DNA from: Candidatus Latescibacterota bacterium
GTDB lineage: Bacteria > Latescibacterota > UBA2968 > UBA8231
Direction: 5' to 3'
DNA length: 64,000 bases
Assembly: GCA_965197905.1 (NCBI GenBank)
Contig: CBDAOB010000001.1
Span: forward strand, 64,001 to 128,000
Shown here: positions 1 through 11,206 of the stretch, piece after piece
Layout: each line of letters begins with the position of its first letter
Numbering within the stretch: the stretch's first letter is position 1
Made by a program: the position numbers and the translations under genes
Notes under the pieces: generated by a model
Database searches by the model: none
What the model was told of the DNA's origin: nothing
Seen by the model: the letters and a program-made list of their open reading frames with translations, nothing else

Positions 1-252
1 GCGGTGGAGGCCAATGACGATGGCCAGTCCCGCACCCACCTGAAGGGCGGCAAACACCAGCGCGAAAAGGGCGAAGAGCTCGCCGTTCAACTCGCCGTGC
101 AGTCGGGCGAATCCGGCGATATTCAGCGCCGCGGCGTTGAGCATCAGCCCCGACGAAAGGACTACGGCGAGGGCGTTTCTGCGCATGAGCATGCCCGCCA
201 ATCCGATGCAGAACAGGGCGGCGCTGACGATGAGGATGGGGAACGGCTGCAT
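1..252 (-). CDS. nuoK: NADH-quinone oxidoreductase subunit K-like, 3' end runs off the window; divergent
   Basis: Hand translation MQPFPILIVSAALFCIGLAGMLMRRNALAVVLSSGLMLNAAALN...FAALQVGAGLAIVIGLHR fits the NuoK 3-TM pattern (RRN, MxNA, GLA). Its ATG overlaps the nuoJ TGA. Not in the ORF track. Confidence 0.88.
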   Translation of the reverse strand, partial: MQPFPILIVSAALFCIGLAGMLMRRNALAVVLSSGLMLNAAALNIAGFARLHGELNGELFALFALVFAALQVGAGLAIVIGLHR

Positions 253-767
253 CACGAGGTGTGTTGCCCTCCGGGGGCGCTGCCGGCGGCCGAGTCGGGA
301 CTCGTCAAGACCGACGTGCCCACAGCCACCACCAGAAACGCGAACCCGGTCAAAAGCAGTGGCAACAGGAAGTCGCCGACGAGAGACCCCGCCAGACTAC
401 CGGTCTGCTCCATCTCGGAGATTGAACCACCCGCTGGCAGAATCAAGCAGAGCAGGGAGAACAAACAGGCACAAAGGACGGCAGCGACCATGGTCCCGAC
501 GCGAACCCGTCTGACCGCGACGGCGGACTTGAGGTTGGTGGAAACCCCCACCACGAGACAGAGGAGAGCTGAGCCGGATAACCCTATAAGGACTTCGCTG
601 GCCCCCAACAAAGGAGTGCCGAGCTGCAGGAAAAGAGCGGCGATGCCAAGTGTAGTCGCGCCAAACAAGAAGGCGGCGCGCACGGCACTCCTTGCGGAGA
701 CGGTGAGAATCGCCATGATCAGACAAAAAACGGCAACCAGACCGAAGGCGGCAGCTTCCAGTGTCAT
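252..767 (-). CDS. nuoJ: NADH-quinone oxidoreductase subunit J-like; divergent
   Basis: Hydrophobic 5-TM protein MTLEAAAFGLVAVFCL...DFLLPLLLTGFAFLVVAVG located between nuoH and nuoK. ATGA overlap with the nuoH stop. Confidence 0.8.
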   Translation of the reverse strand: MTLEAAAFGLVAVFCLIMAILTVSARSAVRAAFLFGATTLGIAALFLQLGTPLLGASEVLIGLSGSALLCLVVGVSTNLKSAVAVRRVRVGTMVAAVLCACLFSLLCLILPAGGSISEMEQTGSLAGSLVGDFLLPLLLTGFAFLVVAVGTSVLTSPDSAAGSAPGGQHTS

Positions 768-2534
768 CTGTACACCAGCATATACGCAGCAATAGGAATA
801 TTGAGGGCGGTCAGAGGGATGGCCACCCTCCAAGCCCAGCACACGAGCTGGTCCATGGAGGGGCGCGGTACTACGAGGGTAGGGTCGAGAACTGGCGCGC
901 CAGCCTTAGGGTTCGGTGGGTTCCCCATGGCTTTCGCCATAGCCCTCAGTCCGACTCCCATCGCTACGTTTCCAGTTCCCGCCGCCTCAAACCGGACGTG
1001 CGGATCTCCCGCATCCGGCTTCCCGACGAACGTCACATCCAGGCACACGCCACAAGGACTTCACCTGGTAGTCAAGCTGCTTCCGATGCATACTAGTCTT
1101 ACTGCTGGAGGCAATAGGCTCACGCCACTCTCCAACCCTCTGCACTTCCGCAGCATGTCCGAAGTCAGGCCCCTTCCCTCCACCGGAGTTACCCGGCTTC
1201 CTCGGTACTACGCGCCTGTCCGCCACCTCATCCAGCCCAGTCTGGCCCTCGCGGGTTACCGGTTGGAGGCACTCGCTGCTTCCACCGGATGAGGCTTCCC
1301 GTGTTGCGCCACATCTCCTCTTACACACATGCTGTCGCCACTACCCCGGCGGAACAGCTGGGTGCGCTTGTCGCTCGACTTCCCCAGCTGCAGCGGCCTT
1401 CCCTGGTTTACGGGCAGGTCGGCTTCCGCATTACACTTTTCGAGGCCTGCTCAGCGTTTACTCACGTTACGGCCTGTGTGCTCGCCAAGTCGCCCAAGGC
1501 GACCCTCTACACCGGAGGCTTCAGCGGCTTCGTCGCCTCCACCACTGCTCCGATTGCTACCGGCTGGAGCGACCCTTGCCGGGTGGGATTCGCACCCACT
1601 GAAGATGTGCGCCTTAGCACGGCGCACCGTAACCATTGTGTGAACAACATGAACAGCATCGATTTCGCCAACAGCAGAGCGACCCCAAGGAGCGCCCACC
1701 CCCCCCTCCTTCCCCTTCCGCGACGAACGGCAAGTGCCAGCCGCCAAGGTAGAGCGTCGCCACCAGCAGGCTCGCGGCCAGCAATCGCAAGCGCCCGGCA
1801 AGGGCCAGCAAACCCAGCGGGAGTCCGCTGTAGGAGGCTGCGTAACCGGCCTCCATTTCCTGAGACCGGCCCGAATCGAGTGGTAGGCGGTCGGCGAACG
1901 CGAAGGTTGCCGCCACCATTCCGAGGAAACCAAGTGGCTGGACCAGCAGATTCCACCGTGGCAGAAGCCCTGGAGTTGCCGCTTGGGAGCGAACGATCTC
2001 CGCCAGTTGCATGGATCCGCCGGCCAATGCCACGCCAGCTATCGCCAATCCTGCAGCGATACCAAAACTCACGACCTGCGACGCCATATTCAGCGAAGCG
2101 ATCTGGGCATAACCGTGACCGGAACCCCGGCCCGCCGCGATCAACCCGAAAGCGGCAAGCGGGATTAGCGCCACGACAACCATTGTACCGGCGCCGGCGG
2201 ATGCCAGCTGCAGTGACATGGAGAGTCCTCCGATCTCAACATCTTTCCCGAATGGAATCAAGCCAAGCAGAATCAGCGGCGGCAGCAGCGAAACGAGGGG
2301 CGCCAGGAAGAATATTCGTCGGTCACCAGCCTCCGGAGCCACACACTCCTTGCACATCAGCTTCAGGCCATCGGCGTAGGTTTGCAGCAGTCCAACGCCC
2401 CTAGCCCCGTCGTACCGTCCAGTGGCGACCCGGGTCCAACCCCTTTCAAGGAGAATGGAGAGCGGAATGAGGATACCGAAGGTCGCCCCCAGCAGCACTG
2501 CCGCCTTGATCACCAGAATGGGAATCTCTTGCAT
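764..2534 (-). CDS. nuoH: NADH-quinone oxidoreductase subunit H-like; exon 1 2534-1628, exon 2 878-764; frameshift at the C8 run 1699-1706
   Basis: LLER..GLLQTYADGLKLMCKE..FFLAP..YLGGW motifs. After the frameshift and intron removal it reads AKSMLFMLFTQWLR/LVVPRPSMDQLVCWAWRVAIPL, matching the NuoH C-terminal WxRxxxPRxRxDQL pattern. Confidence 0.88.
879..1627 (-). mobile_element. ORF-less group II intron (749 nt, IIB-like) inserted in nuoH
   Basis: 5' end GTGCG; 3' end ...TCGACCCTAC. Domain V GAAGCCGGATGCGGGAGATCCGCACGTCCGGTTTG at ~988-1022 with AGC triad. DIII-like GTAGTACCGAGGAAGCCGGGTAACTCCGGTGGAGGGAAGG. Removal restores the nuoH frame. No RT ORF. Confidence 0.93.
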
Positions 2535-2580
2535 GACTAACGTTCGCTCGTGTCCTCTACGAGAAATAGGTTGACCGTCG

Positions 2581-2684
2581 TCTGCTGCCGAGGCGCGGGG
2601 ATTGCAAGGCGCCTGAGCGAGCCTGTACTGGTGGAGTACGGCGAGTGAAGGCAACGCCGCAAGCCCCGATGGATCGGCGGCAGA
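2581..2684. repeat. Structured palindromic intergenic repeat (ERIC/MITE-like), copy 1
   Basis: Terminal inverted repeat TCTGCTGCCGA...TCGGCGGCAGA with inner stems; colinear and similar to 34495-34600. Confidence 0.75.
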
Positions 2685-4343
2685 CTACTTGCGATGGTCG
2701 TCCACATGCAGAAACCCCCATTGCTGTAAGCGATCTGACCAGCCGGCCCCGTAGGCCTGCCCAACTACTCTCTCGTCCTGTTCGCGACTCTGCAGCGACT
2801 CGTAGGTGAGTTCGCTGAATATGCCGCCGACCTCTTGACTCATTTCCACCAGTATCTCCTCTGGTTGCTGGAACTGCCGCTGCATCGCGGTCGCGGCCAG
2901 CCGTTGCAACACCTGCCATTCGGGCAGCACGCCGGGTGGCCCGGCGATGCAGCCCCGTATCCGCTGCACTCTACCGTCGAAATTGGTAAAGGTGCCTTCC
3001 TTTTCGAAAGGCGTCAGTCCGGGAACCACCAGATGCGCGGACTCGGTCAGCGACGAAGGGATGGTCGCGTGGACGACCAGCAACTCTAACTCGTCGAAGG
3101 TGTAGCCACCCGTCGACATCGATTCCACCAGCGCATCCGAGCCGACGACATAGGCGCGGGTGATGGTGCGGTCGACGATACCCGCCATCAAGCGCTGTGT
3201 GGATTCCAGCTCAATGTCGAGTGCACTGGCGATCTCCTTTACTCCGCGCCCGTTGGGTGTTCTGTCCTCACGGATTGTGAACCCCGACTTGAAGGCGATT
3301 TCCCGGCCCTTTCTACCTTCTTCGAAACAGACCAGTTGCGCGCCCCAGACATCCGTGGCCAGCTTCAGCAGCAGGTACGCCTCCTCGTTGGTCAGTGTGC
3401 CATTCAGCACCACCGCCAAACCGCCCTCCGCACCCAACAGGTGACGGTCGGCAAACGCCAGTGCCTGTTCCCACGTCGCCTGCTCTTGGTCGCCGCCCTC
3501 CCGGATACGCGGTTCCGCGAGCCGATCGTGGCGCTGGATTTCCCGCCAGCCGTAGCGGCCCTCGTCGCACATCCAATAGCCGTTTACCGCCAGGTTGGCT
3601 CGAGGTTTGAGCCGCTGGATGTCGCCGCTGTAGACATCGACCCTGATATTGCAGCCGGAACTGCAACCGGGGCAGATCGAGTTTATACCCTGAAGTGTCC
3701 AAGGAGGTGGATCGAATCGAGACTCGGGTTCGACTAGAGCGCCCACGGGGCAGATGTCAACGTTGTTCCCGGACATACCGTCTTGCAGTTCTCTTCCAGG
3801 AAACAGGCTGACCACGGTTTCCGCTCCCCGAAATGCCGGACTGAGCTCGCCTCCCCCCGAGATCTCATCCGTGAACCGGGCACAGCGATTACAGCCAATG
3901 CAACGGCTGGAATAATACGACACCTGCGGACCAAAGCGTACCGGCGGCGCGTTCCTTTTCGGCCATTCCGCATCGCTCCATTTTGGACCATGGGAGTCGG
4001 CATGATCCTGCAGCTCGCATTCGCCGGCTTTGGAGCAGGTGGAACAGTCGAGAGCGTGTTTCCGAAGCAGAAACTCCAATACATCCGATCTCGCTTTCAG
4101 CACCGCCTCGGAGTTCGTGGAAACAACTAGTCCGTCCACCACCGGCTGGTTGCAGGTAGGCGCCAGCACGGTGGAACCGCCGTCGCCGAACTCGGCCACG
4201 CACAGCCTGCAGCTGGCGGGACTGGAGAGTGCCGGATGGAAACAGAAGTGTGGAATGAACTCACCGGCTTGCAAGGCGGCGAGCAGTAGGTTGCCGCCCT
4301 GGCGCACCTCTATCGTTTCGCCGTTCAGCTGGATTGTTGGCAT
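2685..4343 (-). CDS. nuoG: NADH-quinone oxidoreductase subunit G-like Fe-S protein (short form)
   Basis: IPHFCFHP..SCRLC..PTC (2Fe-2S), HALDCSTCSKAGECELQD, RCIGCNRC..DICPVGAL, SICPGCSSGC..WMCDEGR. Likely start MPTIQLNG. Confidence 0.88.
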   Translation of the reverse strand: MPTIQLNGETIEVRQGGNLLLAALQAGEFIPHFCFHPALSSPASCRLCVAEFGDGGSTVLAPTCNQPVVDGLVVSTNSEAVLKARSDVLEFLLRKHALDCSTCSKAGECELQDHADSHGPKWSDAEWPKRNAPPVRFGPQVSYYSSRCIGCNRCARFTDEISGGGELSPAFRGAETVVSLFPGRELQDGMSGNNVDICPVGALVEPESRFDPPPWTLQGINSICPGCSSGCNIRVDVYSGDIQRLKPRANLAVNGYWMCDEGRYGWREIQRHDRLAEPRIREGGDQEQATWEQALAFADRHLLGAEGGLAVVLNGTLTNEEAYLLLKLATDVWGAQLVCFEEGRKGREIAFKSGFTIREDRTPNGRGVKEIASALDIELESTQRLMAGIVDRTITRAYVVGSDALVESMSTGGYTFDELELLVVHATIPSSLTESAHLVVPGLTPFEKEGTFTNFDGRVQRIRGCIAGPPGVLPEWQVLQRLAATAMQRQFQQPEEILVEMSQEVGGIFSELTYESLQSREQDERVVGQAYGAGWSDRLQQWGFLHVDDHRK

Positions 4344-4397
4344 GGTTTCCGATGGTCGCAATATGTCAAAACGTTGACGCTGGTGTTGAGCATCGTG

Positions 4398-5740
4398 TTA
4401 GAAGCGGACGCTGACCGCTTCGGGGACCTTGATCGCCAGATCTTTTTCGACGGGACAGCCGCCAGAATCGATATGCTGTCTGAATTCGCTCTCGAACGCG
4501 CTTACAAACCCTGCAGCGGCCAGGCGAAGGCGGCTCCCAGGCCACACAGCATCGGCGATGCCGAAACCATCAGCGGCCCCATTTTTTCACCTAACTCGAA
4601 CAACCTGCCGAGATCTCCTTCCGTACCTTCCCCCGATTCGACCCGGGCGATAATGTCGCGCATCCACGGCATCCCCTCGCGGCACGGGGTGCACTCGCCG
4701 CAGGATTGCCCGGCGTAGAATTCGGCTAGATTGAGGGCGGCATCTACCATACAGGTCGTCTCGTCCATGACAATGATCCCGCCAGTGCCGAAAACACCGC
4801 CGAACTCTCCTCCTCCCGGGTGCAGCCACGCTGCCGGATCCAGAGGCACATCCAGCTGGTCGGCGTGTAGAACCGGCGACCGACCTCCCCCCGGAAGCAC
4901 GGCCTTCAGCTGATGCCCCGAGCGCACGCCACCCCCCATCTCGTAGATGACTTCACGCAAGGTCGAAGCCCCCAGCGGCAGTTCGTATAGGCCCGGCCTG
5001 CTCACGTGTCCGCTCAGGCAAAAAACGAGGGTGCCGGGATACCCCTCGCTACCGATGCCTCGGAACCAGTCGGCGCCGTTGTTCACGATGTGAGGCAGAT
5101 ATGCCAGGGTACCGATATTGGCGACCTCCGCCGGCTTGCCGAAGAGCTCCGGGACGACCGCGGTGCCGCGGGGTTCCGCCCTGAAACCTTCGATAGAGCG
5201 CAGGAGAGCCGTCGCTTCGGTCTCGATATAGGCGTCCCCGCCTGGATGTACATACACCTCGAGAGCATAACCCGTCTCCCGAACGTTGGCGCCCAGCCAG
5301 CCGTGCTCGCGCGCCGACGCTATAGCCCGCTCCAGCAACGCTCGGCCCCGGCTCATATCGCTACGCAGGCAAACGTAAACGGTCGAGGCGCGCAGAGTGT
5401 ACGCGGCGATGATAATGCCTTCGAGTATCTGATGGGGATTGCGCTCCAGCAGCTTCCGATCGCGGAACGTGCCCGGTTCGCTCTCGTTGCCACCGACACA
5501 GAGAAACTCCACTCTGCCAGCCCGTTTCTGGGCATGGTTTCTCCACCGGGCAGCGACGGGGTACCAGTCGCCGCCCCTGTCCTGCAGACCGGACTGTTCG
5601 ATCAGGTCCAGCACCTCGCCCGGTGGTCGGCGTCGCACAGCGATCTCCGCGGCGGCGTAACCTCCGTTGGCGACATAGGTGTCCCACAGTTCGATGTCGG
5701 GGACGTCGATGTCGTTCAACAGCACGCGAAACTCAGCCAC
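4398..5740 (-). CDS. nuoF: NADH-quinone oxidoreductase subunit F-like; divergent flavin site; frameshift at ~4506-4508
   Basis: ESEPGTFRDR, SGHVSRPGLYE, QSCGECTPCREG, MLCGLG. Adding one T restores the C-terminus GFVSAFESEFRQHIDSGGCP...VRF* ending at 4398. Confidence 0.88.
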
Positions 5741-6224
5741 CGGACTCTCCCTCTAGCGAAAGCTTCAATCTCTCAAGGATCTGATCGATGCGTTCCAGCG
5801 TGAGACTCTGATGCAACTCGCCATCGACCAGTATGACCGGGCCCATGCCGCAACAGGCAAGGCAATCAACTTCCTCCACGGCTACAAGCGAGTCGCTGAC
5901 GTCGATCTCCGCCAACCTCTCTTTCAGGTACTCAACCACCCGCGTGGCCCCCATCAACCGGCAGGAGAGCGTACCGCAGACACGAATCAGGTGTGCTGGC
6001 GGCGGTTGGAGACGAAAAGCGGGATAGAAGGTGGCTACTCCATAGACCCGGGCGGGAGAAAGATTCAGCTTGCCCGCAACGAACTCGATGGCCTCTTCCG
6101 AGAGGTAGCCAGCCTCACTCTGAACCAGATGCAACACCGGCAGCAAGGCCCCGGATGGCTGGGGATAACGGCGGGTGAGATCGTCGTACTCCACCACCGC
6201 TTTTGCCGAAAGCTTGAAGCTCAT
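5733..6224 (-). CDS. nuoE: NADH-quinone oxidoreductase subunit E (2Fe-2S)
   Basis: ALLPVLHLVQ..GYL..VYGVATFY, VCGTLSC, CLACC. Confidence 0.9.
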   Translation of the reverse strand: MSFKLSAKAVVEYDDLTRRYPQPSGALLPVLHLVQSEAGYLSEEAIEFVAGKLNLSPARVYGVATFYPAFRLQPPPAHLIRVCGTLSCRLMGATRVVEYLKERLAEIDVSDSLVAVEEVDCLACCGMGPVILVDGELHQSLTLERIDQILERLKLSLEGESGG

Positions 6225-7920
6225 CGATCCACCTCTCCGGCTACCACGTTGAGGCTACCCAACACCACCAGCGCCTCGGATAGGGTCATCCCATGAGCGA
6301 CATGTTCAAAGAGCTGATAATTCAGAAACGATGGCGCCCGCACCCGCAAACGGTACGGACGGTCGGAACCGTCGCTGACGATGTAGAATCCCAGCTCACC
6401 GTTGGGCGATTCGGTGGGTAAATAGGAGTCCGCGTCTGGAGGCGGCTGAATTCCGTGTCCTTCCATCCAGAGTTTGAAGTGGTGAATCATGGATGATGCC
6501 TGACTGGAGATCTCACTCCTCTGTGGGCGCCGAGCGTTTGAATTCATCGTCGAGTAGTCGCCGCCGGGAAGATCGCGGAGCGCCTGGCTGACGATGCGGC
6601 AGCTCTGGACGAGCTCTTCGACACGCACCAGATAGCGGTCGTGCACATCGCCGGTTACTCCCACAGGGACGTCGAAATCGAACTCTTCGTAGGCGCTGTA
6701 CGGCTCGTCCTTTCGCAGATCGCAACCGACGCCTGCCGCCCGCGCCACCGGGCCGCTCAACCCCCACGACCTGGCTTCGGCCACACCGATCGTCCCGACC
6801 CACGCGCCCGATCCAACCACACTCCATTGCCGTCCCACAGCGCTCGAAGCTCGGCGACCCCGCGCATCATGTCCGACAGAAATGCCGATACCCTTGCTGA
6901 GAATTCGGGCGGCAGATCGGCGGCGATTCCGCCCACGCGAACGAAGCTTGTCATCCATCGGTTTCCCGCAATGGATTCGTAGATGTCGCACAGCGCTTCC
7001 CGCCGCGTGTCAACAAGCTGGAACAGACCGTGGGCAGCGATTTGCCGGGCCTGAGACCCCAACCAGATGAGATGCTCGCCGATGCGCCCCAGTTCGCTGA
7101 GTATAACCCGGGCATACTGGGCTCTTTCAGGAACATCGACGCCCAGCAAGCGCTCGACGCACAGAACAAAGGCGAGGTTGTTGCAGAACGGCGATTGATA
7201 GTTGATCCGGTCGGTGACAGTTACAAACTGCATGTAGCTCTGATTTTCACCCAGCTTCTCTACGCCCGAATGAACAAATCCAAGATCCAACCCCACCCGA
7301 GATATCATATCCCCTTCCGCTTCCAGGTCGGCGCTCAGATTGCCTGTCATTCCCGGGTGAAGCGGCCCCAGCCGCAGGAGGTTGGAGTCGTCGACACCTT
7401 GTTGGTTCCCGGGCGCCTCCTCGCCGGGGGGCGAAACCCCGACCGGGGCAGAGCCGCACCCGGCGACGGGAAAGTCCTTGCGCAATGGAAATGATTCGAA
7501 ACTGTCGGGAAGCAGGATTCTGCGCATGTCCGGATGACCGCGGAAACGGATGCCAAACATGTCGTAGACCTCGCGCTCGAGCCAGTTCGCCGCAGGCCAC
7601 GAAGAAGCGATGCTTTCCACTTCATCGATATCCGGATCTAGTGGAACCCTGAGGCGAAGCCGGAAACCTGAGATGGACGAACGCAGTTGGTAGACGAGTT
7701 GGAAACGTTTGCCACGGCCCAGGTGGAGTCGGTCCACAGCCGTGAGGTCAACGAGGGTGTCCAACCGATCGCCATCGTGGCCGCTTAAGAATTCCAACAG
7801 AGGTTCCAGATCGGCAACCGAGACGTCCAGCGTCCACTCGCCCCGCAACTCTAGAGGTTGCAGGCGAGCTGCCCCCAGGAACTCCCGCAGGTCTAAGAGG
7901 ATCGGGGTTTCGGTTGCCAT
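6221..7920 (-). CDS. nuoCD: Fused NADH-quinone oxidoreductase subunit C/D-like; frameshift at ~6800
   Basis: NuoC motifs [33 protein letters not shown]. NuoD motifs [41 protein letters not shown]-terminal GEVDR. ORFs 6757-7971 and 6221-6991 join with one extra G in the GGG run. Confidence 0.9.
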
Positions 7921-7936
7921 AGCGGACGCAGCCAGC

Positions 7937-8311
7937 CTAGCGAAATCCGCTCTTGCGCCAAGCGTACACAAGACCGGTCCCGACGATGACCATAAAACCG
8001 AGAATCCCGGCTACCGAGTCGTGGCCGCGCTCAAGCAGAGTGCGGAATTCAGCTGCCCAAATCAGCAGGAAGGCCAAAACGCCTGGCAGCATCAAAGTCA
8101 CGAAGACAAATCCGTAATAACGGAAGGGAAATTCACGCGGTCCTCCGAACGCGGGCCGTCCCGATTCGAACCTGGAGGTTGCGGTGCCGGTGGGTTGGTC
8201 CGGCCGCAGTCGCCGTGCAATCATCGAGCAGAAAAATACCCCCGCCAGCGCCATGATTATCAGAATTGGGATGGCGGCGTACTGCTCTATCGTCGGGGGG
8301 TAGGTTGACAC
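7937..8311 (-). CDS. nuoA: NADH-quinone oxidoreductase subunit A-like; divergent
   Basis: 3-TM protein with a FESG loop, FRYY and C-terminal GLVYAWRK; first gene of the operon. Confidence 0.85.
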   Translation of the reverse strand: MSTYPPTIEQYAAIPILIIMALAGVFFCSMIARRLRPDQPTGTATSRFESGRPAFGGPREFPFRYYGFVFVTLMLPGVLAFLLIWAAEFRTLLERGHDSVAGILGFMVIVGTGLVYAWRKSGFR

Positions 8312-8422
8312 GATTAGGTGGCCGCCATGGCTCGCAAGGCACCCGGAGTGCTCAAGGACGAGCGCCGAATCAAATAATCCGGCCTCAGGCCGCGAGCCGG
8401 GATGGATCGCGGTAGCAGGAAA

Positions 8423-8665
8423 TCAGACCGTCGTCGCTTCGCTTCTGGTGCTAACTGCCTCACCCGATTGCGACGAGAACTCGTCGTCGTCCGAACACGA
8501 ACCTGGAGGAGCGCCACACTCGCAGAGGGGTTGTCCGAACTCGTCGCTCATGGCACTCAGGCCGCCACAGGACCCTTTGATACGGCGGTTGCTAAAGATC
8601 ACACCGACCGCCATACCGGCAATGACTAAGCCAAATACCAAAAGCGCTGCAACGTACTGTTCCAC
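8423..8665 (-). CDS. nqrM: Na+-NQR maturation protein NqrM (DUF539-like)
   Basis: Single TM followed by [12 protein letters not shown]; directly after nqrF. Confidence 0.85.
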   Translation of the reverse strand: MEQYVAALLVFGLVIAGMAVGVIFSNRRIKGSCGGLSAMSDEFGQPLCECGAPPGSCSDDDEFSSQSGEAVSTRSEATTV

Positions 8666-8677
8666 TAATCCTCTTTC

Positions 8678-9916
8678 TCAGCCGAAGTCGTCGAAACGGA
8701 TCATTTCCTGCTCGACACCGAGGTCGTCGAGCATCTTCATCACCGCCTGCAACATCAGTGGCGGGCCGCACAAATAGTATTCGATATCTTCGGGCGCCGG
8801 GTGTTGCGACAGGTAGTTGTCGAGGACCACCTGGTGAATGAATCCCATGTAGCCAGTCCAGTTGTCTTCGGGCAACGGTTCAGACATGGCAACGTGGAAT
8901 TTGAAATTTGGATATTCCGCTTCGATCTTGCGGAAATGATCCTCGTAGAACAGCTCTTTGCTGGAACGAGCCCCGTACCAGTAGGAAACCTTGCGGTTCG
9001 TGTGTTCGGTATGAAAGAGGTGAAAGATGTGCGATCGCAACGGAGCCATGCCGGCCCCACCTCCGACGTACATCATCTCGCGCTCAGTTTCCTGAATGAA
9101 GAACTCCCCGAATGGACCGGAAATAGTCGCTTTGTCCCCCGGTTTGAGATTGAATACGTAAGAGGAGACGATTCCCGGATTCACATTCATCCACCCTCCC
9201 TTTTCGCGGTCGGGGGGAGGTGTGGCGACGCGAATATTCAACATGACGATGTTGCCTTCGGCCGGGTGGTTCGCCATGGAGTAGGCTCGGACTACGGTTT
9301 CGGGGTTGACCGTCTTCAAATCCCATACCCTGAAGCGGTCCCAGTCATCGTGGAATCTTTCTTCGATGTCGAAACCGCGGAAGTCGCATTCGAACGGCGG
9401 CACCTCAATCTGAATAAACCCTCCCGATTCGAAGTTGAGTATCTCGCCCTCGGGTAGCTTGAGAACCAGCTCTTTTATGAAGGTGGCGACGTTGTTGTTC
9501 GACACCACTTCGCACTCCCACCTCCTCACCGAGAAAACTTCTGCGGGTACGTCTATTTTCATGTCCTGCTTGACGCTGACCTGGCAGGACAGCCGCATCC
9601 CCTCGCGAGCTTCGCCCTTGGTAATGTGCTCCAGCTCGGTAGGCAGTATATCTCCGCCTCCATCGTGCACGTGGACCTTGCATTGGGCGCAGGTGCCTCC
9701 GCCACCACATGCGGACGAAACGAAGATCTGACTGTCGGCCAGTGCGTTCAACAGCTTGCCGCCAGTGGGCACCGAAATGGAGCGGTCCGGATCGTTGTTG
9801 ATAAGGATGTTGATATCGCCGCTGGGTACCAGCCGCGAGCGGGCGACGAGAATCAGCGCCACTAGAAACAACACGACCATGGTGAACATGCCGACGCCGG
9901 CGCCGATCTCAGTCAT
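8678..9916 (-). CDS. nqrF: Na+-translocating NADH:quinone reductase subunit F
   Basis: [47 protein letters not shown]. Confidence 0.97.
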   Translation of the reverse strand: MTEIGAGVGMFTMVVLFLVALILVARSRLVPSGDINILINNDPDRSISVPTGGKLLNALADSQIFVSSACGGGGTCAQCKVHVHDGGGDILPTELEHITKGEAREGMRLSCQVSVKQDMKIDVPAEVFSVRRWECEVVSNNNVATFIKELVLKLPEGEILNFESGGFIQIEVPPFECDFRGFDIEERFHDDWDRFRVWDLKTVNPETVVRAYSMANHPAEGNIVMLNIRVATPPPDREKGGWMNVNPGIVSSYVFNLKPGDKATISGPFGEFFIQETEREMMYVGGGAGMAPLRSHIFHLFHTEHTNRKVSYWYGARSSKELFYEDHFRKIEAEYPNFKFHVAMSEPLPEDNWTGYMGFIHQVVLDNYLSQHPAPEDIEYYLCGPPLMLQAVMKMLDDLGVEQEMIRFDDFG

Positions 9917-9965
9917 CTGAACATTCTCTCTCTATCATTCACCCTGAGAAGCTTGCGACAGGACA

Positions 9966-10577
<612 letters not shown>

Positions 10578-10579
10578 AA

Positions 10580-11206
10580 TTAATGCCGATCCTCTTCGAT
10601 CTGCTCCATTTTAAACGACCGTAGCACCCAGATAAACACTCCGATGATGAAGAATGCACTGGGTGGCAGGAGCATCAGTCCATTCGGTGCGTACCACCCT
10701 CCCTCGGCTACGAGTGAAAAAACCTCGACTCCCAGCAGCGTGCCCGAACCGAAGAGCTCGCGAATCACCGCGACCACCAGCAAAATGACACTGTAGCCGA
10801 TGCCGTTACCGATTCCGTCCAACAGGCTCGTTCCCACCCCGTTTTTCATGGCGAACGCCTCGGCTCTACCCATGATGATGCAGTTGGTGATGATGAGACC
10901 GACAAAGACAGACAACTGCTTACTGACATCGAAGGCATACGCCTTCAGAACCTGATCAACAATGATGACCAGAGAGGCAATGACGGTCATCTGCACGATA
11001 ATGCGGATGTTGGTCGGCACGTGCTGTCGAATCAGACTGACTCCCATGTTGGAGAAAGCCAGCACGAAGATAACGGCGAGACACATCACCATCGCCGTCT
11101 CCAGTTTGCTGGTGACAGCCAGTGCCGAGCAGATACCGAGTATCTGTAGAGCGATCGGGTTGTTATTGAAGACGGGGTCGAGCAGGGTCTCTTTGTTCTT
11201 AGCCAT
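10580..11206 (-). CDS. nqrD: Na+-NQR subunit D
   Basis: [39 protein letters not shown]. Confidence 0.97.
   Translation of the reverse strand: MAKNKETLLDPVFNNNPIALQILGICSALAVTSKLETAMVMCLAVIFVLAFSNMGVSLIRQHVPTNIRIIVQMTVIASLVIIVDQVLKAYAFDVSKQLSVFVGLIITNCIIMGRAEAFAMKNGVGTSLLDGIGNGIGYSVILLVVAVIRELFGSGTLLGVEVFSLVAEGGWYAPNGLMLLPPSAFFIIGVFIWVLRSFKMEQIEEDRH

Noticed and set aside
987..1643. ORFs inside the intron (987-1328, 1329-1643) as an intron-encoded RT/maturase
   Set aside because: No YADD or other RT motifs and far too short; they are chance frames across structured RNA.
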